A program made the position numbers and the translations under genes. A DNA stretch of 64,000 nucleotides from the NCBI GenBank assembly GCA_977020255.1, contig CDROCS010003256.1, positions 62,001 to 126,000 on the forward strand, read 5' to 3'. Shown here piece after piece: positions 59,880-64,000 of this stretch. Source of the stretch: Obrimoposthia wandeli. Lineage: Eukaryota. The notes beneath the pieces were generated by a model, which searched no databases, was not told the origin of the DNA, and saw nothing but the letters and a program-made list of their open reading frames with translations. How positions within the stretch are numbered: the stretch's first letter is position 1; every line of letters begins with the position of its first letter.

Positions 59880-62800
59880 TTTAGCAAAAAAGATTTCTTA
59901 TAAAATATTTGATGTATTCATCTGTCTTTGTATACCCAAAATTAATAGAAACAATAATGAAATATAATAAACAGACTACTAATATAATTAAAGAAACTAT
60001 CAAAAACGGTGACAAGGTCTTAACATGTGGCATTGTTAAATTTGTCTTAGCTCCGTACGTCAATAATATTAGTTGCCTCTTGAATCATCCCTAATATTTA
60101 CTTTCAATATTGTTTATAGATAAGAGAGCAACTGAAAGATACATTGGTTGATTTATACGAATAGTGATAATGTCCCCAACTTTAGTCTGACTTTGAATAT
60201 CCATATTGTTCCCAAAAGTGGAACTCTCGTAGTCGTCCTTACAAGTGTTGGCTTTATCAAATTAGTATAATAAATAAACTTGGATATACATTTTATTTCC
60301 TTCTTTTGTGAAGACATTTTTATTCGACTTCTTTAAGTACGATTAAATCTTTCTACTAATGTTGCTTTGCACTGCGAAAATACCGTGAGTAATGATTTAT
60401 ATTATTTTGTTTAAATAATGATTGAACTTTTATTTTCTCCTAAATCAGTTTGCACATTTGTGAAATGTCCTCTTTAATATTTCTTTAATGGTTTCAAGCA
60501 TAGCTATTGAAGATTTTGCTTTTAACTGAAACTTCACACGAGAAAATTCAGTTAAATACATAAACAATACATGTTAAAAATATATCTGTATATCTTATTT
60601 ATGGAAGAAGATGGACTCATCTCCTTTTACTTCAAATCTATTTTGCCATAAATTATTATGACCGTATGGTTTTTGTATGCTATAGTTGGAAACTTTCTTC
60701 TCATCGGCTTGTTAAGACTGTAGGCTAAATGACCACTCAGTCATTTCTGCGTTTCTTGCAAATCTGTTTAGTTTTTAAAAACTTCCAATAAATCATTCAC
60801 AACAAAAGATGGAAATGCTTTAAGAATTCTCATTTTATTATGAAAAGAAGCTTTTGATCTAAGCTTTAAATAGTGGTATAAGTTTGTACTTTTTTCATAA
60901 AAAAGTTCTTGGATTAGCACTGTTTATATTCGAAGTCTTTTATTCACTTCTTTTATCTAATGATTCTTTTTAGATTTCTTAGGCTTTACCTTTTTACTTT
61001 ACGTTTACGTTTTTATTATCAACTCTTGAAGACATTACAAATTCTTATTTTTAAATAACTTTTCTCTGCTTGTTTATAAAACAGTTACTCCCCTTAGAAT
61101 TAAATATGTCCGGTAAAACTTGTAAAACGTATATGGGCAAGCTTGTGTTAAATCACAATATATACCCATGTGCTTGTTTAGCAAAAAGCATCATGAAATG
61201 AAACAACTAGAAAGTTTTTTATTTTGGGGAAAATGCCTGTCTGACGACGAAATTTACAACTGTTTGATCCATAGTATATTTAAATAAAACTAAGTAATGT
61301 ACATTAAGATTTCTTGTTCTATGATGACTTCCTTGTTGAAAAGATTTTTGAGTGATACATATAATTGTTTTCTTCACTATGTCGTGCAATTATTGTAAAT
61401 AAATTATTAAAGTCCGATTCTTTGTCAGCCTCCTGATACAAATAATAAATTAATTATTCATCTTCTTTTTTTCCCATCTTTGCACCAATTCGCATCAAAT
61501 CCTTTAATACATTTTATTTCCTTTAACTTACAAACTTTATTTGGATTTGTCCCCTTTCACCTCCTCCACCATGATGCCAATAAATATTTTTGAAACTAGA
61601 TTTGAAAATATATTCATTTTGTAACAATTTACAGACGAAATGTGTCTTTCCACTTTCACTGAGACCAGCTATTTGAAATACGGCATTGTTATTTAGCTTC
61701 ATTACATATACTTTTTCATTTTATTGAAACGCATAATGTCAGAGCTAGCGTAGATGAAATACAAAGATTAATTAATGAATATTTGGCTATAATTTTATTT
61801 ACTTGTGTTCGATTTCTAAATACTTGAATAACATGTGATCTAACGAATATTTCAATATTATCTCTTGTTATATCATTATTTTTAATTCTGATGAAATTTG
61901 TTTACCCATAATTTTTCCAACAAAAAAATCGTCAATTTGATGATCTACTTCATTACTAGTATAGTATTATTGAAACAACAGTTTAAACGGGTTTAATAAT
62001 AGAAAGATAACAAAATTTAATAAAATAGATTTTCTAAAATAGATTAACCAGTGTCTTGATAAATAAATTATTTTAATTCCAATATCATAACTTTACCACT
62101 GGAAAATATATTTACATATAGCAGTGTAAACTTCAAATATATGAGAACAGAAAAAATTACCGATTCAAAAATGCATTCTTCTTTCTTTTTATCTGCAATT
62201 TTATAAAGATTTATTAAGTTTCGAGATAAGCTGAAATTATGATCGATTGTATGCCGCTGATTAGAATTCCAAATGGTAAATTGATCTCATTCAACGGTGT
62301 TCTACATCCTATAACATGACAATTTTCCAAAGAATTAAATATGAAAATAAAATAAAATTCAACCTGAGGAAAAAAACTGTGAAACAAACTTTTCACATAT
62401 TGTCTCGGCTTCCAATCTTGATGGTAAGGGTGAAATATCATCTTATATTTTTATTTTAATAATTTATATTTACGAGTTTCATAAAAACTAAAATTGTTTT
62501 CTGTCAATTTTTCTTTATATATGTCTGAACTCAGCTTTTTATTGCACATTTCTTATAAATATATTGCAAACCTATTATAATTGGATGATATATTTCTTCC
62601 AATCTATTTTGACTTTAATACGTGTTTGTCTAATAAAAATTCAATGCTTAAGTTATATTAACCAATGAGATTCATAACTTTGTGCTACAAATTGGTATAT
62701 AAGAATGCGCCATTAGATGACAAATCATAATAAATTCATTCATATCGAAGGATATTAAGCGATTAAGAATATTTAGAAATGTTTGGAAGATTCGGATAAG

Positions 62801-63185
62801 AATATGTATGAGAAGTGAAACAATATTTCAAACACAAAATCAGTTTCTTGAAGAAGGCTCACCTGATTGCTTTTAGTAAATTCTGTGACAATTGAAAGAA
62901 GAAAGTTCAGCTATTATATATCGAATATCTAACAACCAGATTTTCAATATCTTAAACCGAAAGTTGAAAGGCTGTTCCAAATTTTACATTCACAAGAACG
63001 AATATTATATCCGAGAGCTGACGCAGCATCTTTAGATGACTATGGAAGAGAAATAAATATTGATGCGTTTCCGAAAAGCACATGACTGTAAAAATTCGCT
63101 TTTATGTTTACAAGAAAAGATGAAATTGGAACAAAGCTACGTATGTGGAAAAATTGGAACGTGCTCATATCCCCATGTTTTAACA
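59880..63185 (-). mobile_element. Maverick relic C: penton C-terminus, integrase fragment, small basic ORF, ATPase, 93-aa ORF, spliced TBP, SSB1 (all pseudogenised)
   Basis: Penton KFVLAPYV/GAKTNLT (59881-60300); integrase QKWLSG..SL (~60700-60770); ATPase ~61060-61710; TBP ~62000-62500 with the same intron; SSB1 homologue ~62740-63185 on +. Same gene order as copies A and B. Confidence 0.92.
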
Positions 63186-64000
63186 AGTTTGTTTTCTTTC
63201 ATTTTGCATGTAATAAATTGTAATCAGTTTTATTAATTTGTTAGATTGGGATTTAGTAAAAATTAATTAATATATATATGTGCATAGAAAGATAACACTG
63301 AAAGTTGTTAAGTTAGAGAAAATAAAAAGAAATAATTAAAAAACAAAACAAAAGAAAAGGATCGAATAAAATTAGACCTTGAGAGGTCATGTTTTGTGCG
63401 AGTATTTAATAGATTTTGGAATTACAATAAGGGCCCCCAAAAGAAGTTAGCCAAAACAAAATTAATTAAGATATTTCCAATTAAAAATAATAACTGTCTG
63501 GGAAAACAACCAGCAGTTACAGGACAAGAAAAATCTGGGAAAGAGACCAGGTCGCTGCTTGACTGCTCGACAAATCCATTAGATATCTAAGCAACTGAAA
63601 CCAACAACGTTGGAAGGACCACGTCGCAAATTATTTAATTTTTAAATGCAAGGTAAGCGCATTTACTAAGTGATTTGGAATTACAATTCATTTGCAGAAC
63701 CGAGCCGCAGAAGATTATATAAATTGAAATTACCAAAAAGATAAGTTAGTGGACACAAATCGATAACAGAGAAGCTGAACTAATTTCCAAAAGTCGAAAG
63801 GAGTTAGAAAGCAGTTATTGTTCCAGAACGCTGAATCTCCAGACCATATCGATTGTTCCTGTGGGAGAAAGGTAGGCGAACTGCAAAGCGGAGAGGTATT
63901 ATTATAATTTTTAAAGTACTTTCATTCCTGTTAAAACGAGCAAGAACCCGAAGGGAGCTATTCGGGACCATAACAATTGTTCCTGTGGAAAAAAGCATAT

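Noticed and set aside
63400-64000. Possible spliced gene at the window edge
   Set aside because: Splice-like signals are present but no homology is recognisable and the sequence is truncated.

Overview
AT-rich eukaryotic (probably invertebrate) genomic DNA with very short (~38-47 nt) GT-AG introns. The window is dominated by Maverick/Polinton (adintovirus-like) endogenous elements. One near-complete but mutated ~15.9 kb element (B, 22541-38452) carries pPolB, rve integrase, packaging ATPase, double-jelly-roll major capsid, penton, adenain protease and TIRs starting AGTAGGTG. An internally deleted sister copy (A, 13217 to ~21540) lies in inverted orientation, forming a ~25 kb imperfect palindrome with B. 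At least six older Maverick relics are also present. Unusual cargo of this family: a spliced, minimal two-repeat TATA-binding protein (TBP) homologue, two tandem putative OB-fold SSB paralogues, a five-exon SIM/AT-hook protein, a Zn-finger/acidic-repeat gene that appears to supply the missing start of PolB, and a DEDD-like protein. The cluster is flanked by two paralogous host genes built one ubiquitin-like domain per exon (6 UBL exons on the right, 4 on the left with the last one broken). Also present: BEL/Pao, Gypsy, hAT and Chapaev-like remnants and three MITEs with target-site duplications. All assignments come from motif reading and by-eye alignment; no database searches were run, and relic boundaries are approximate.
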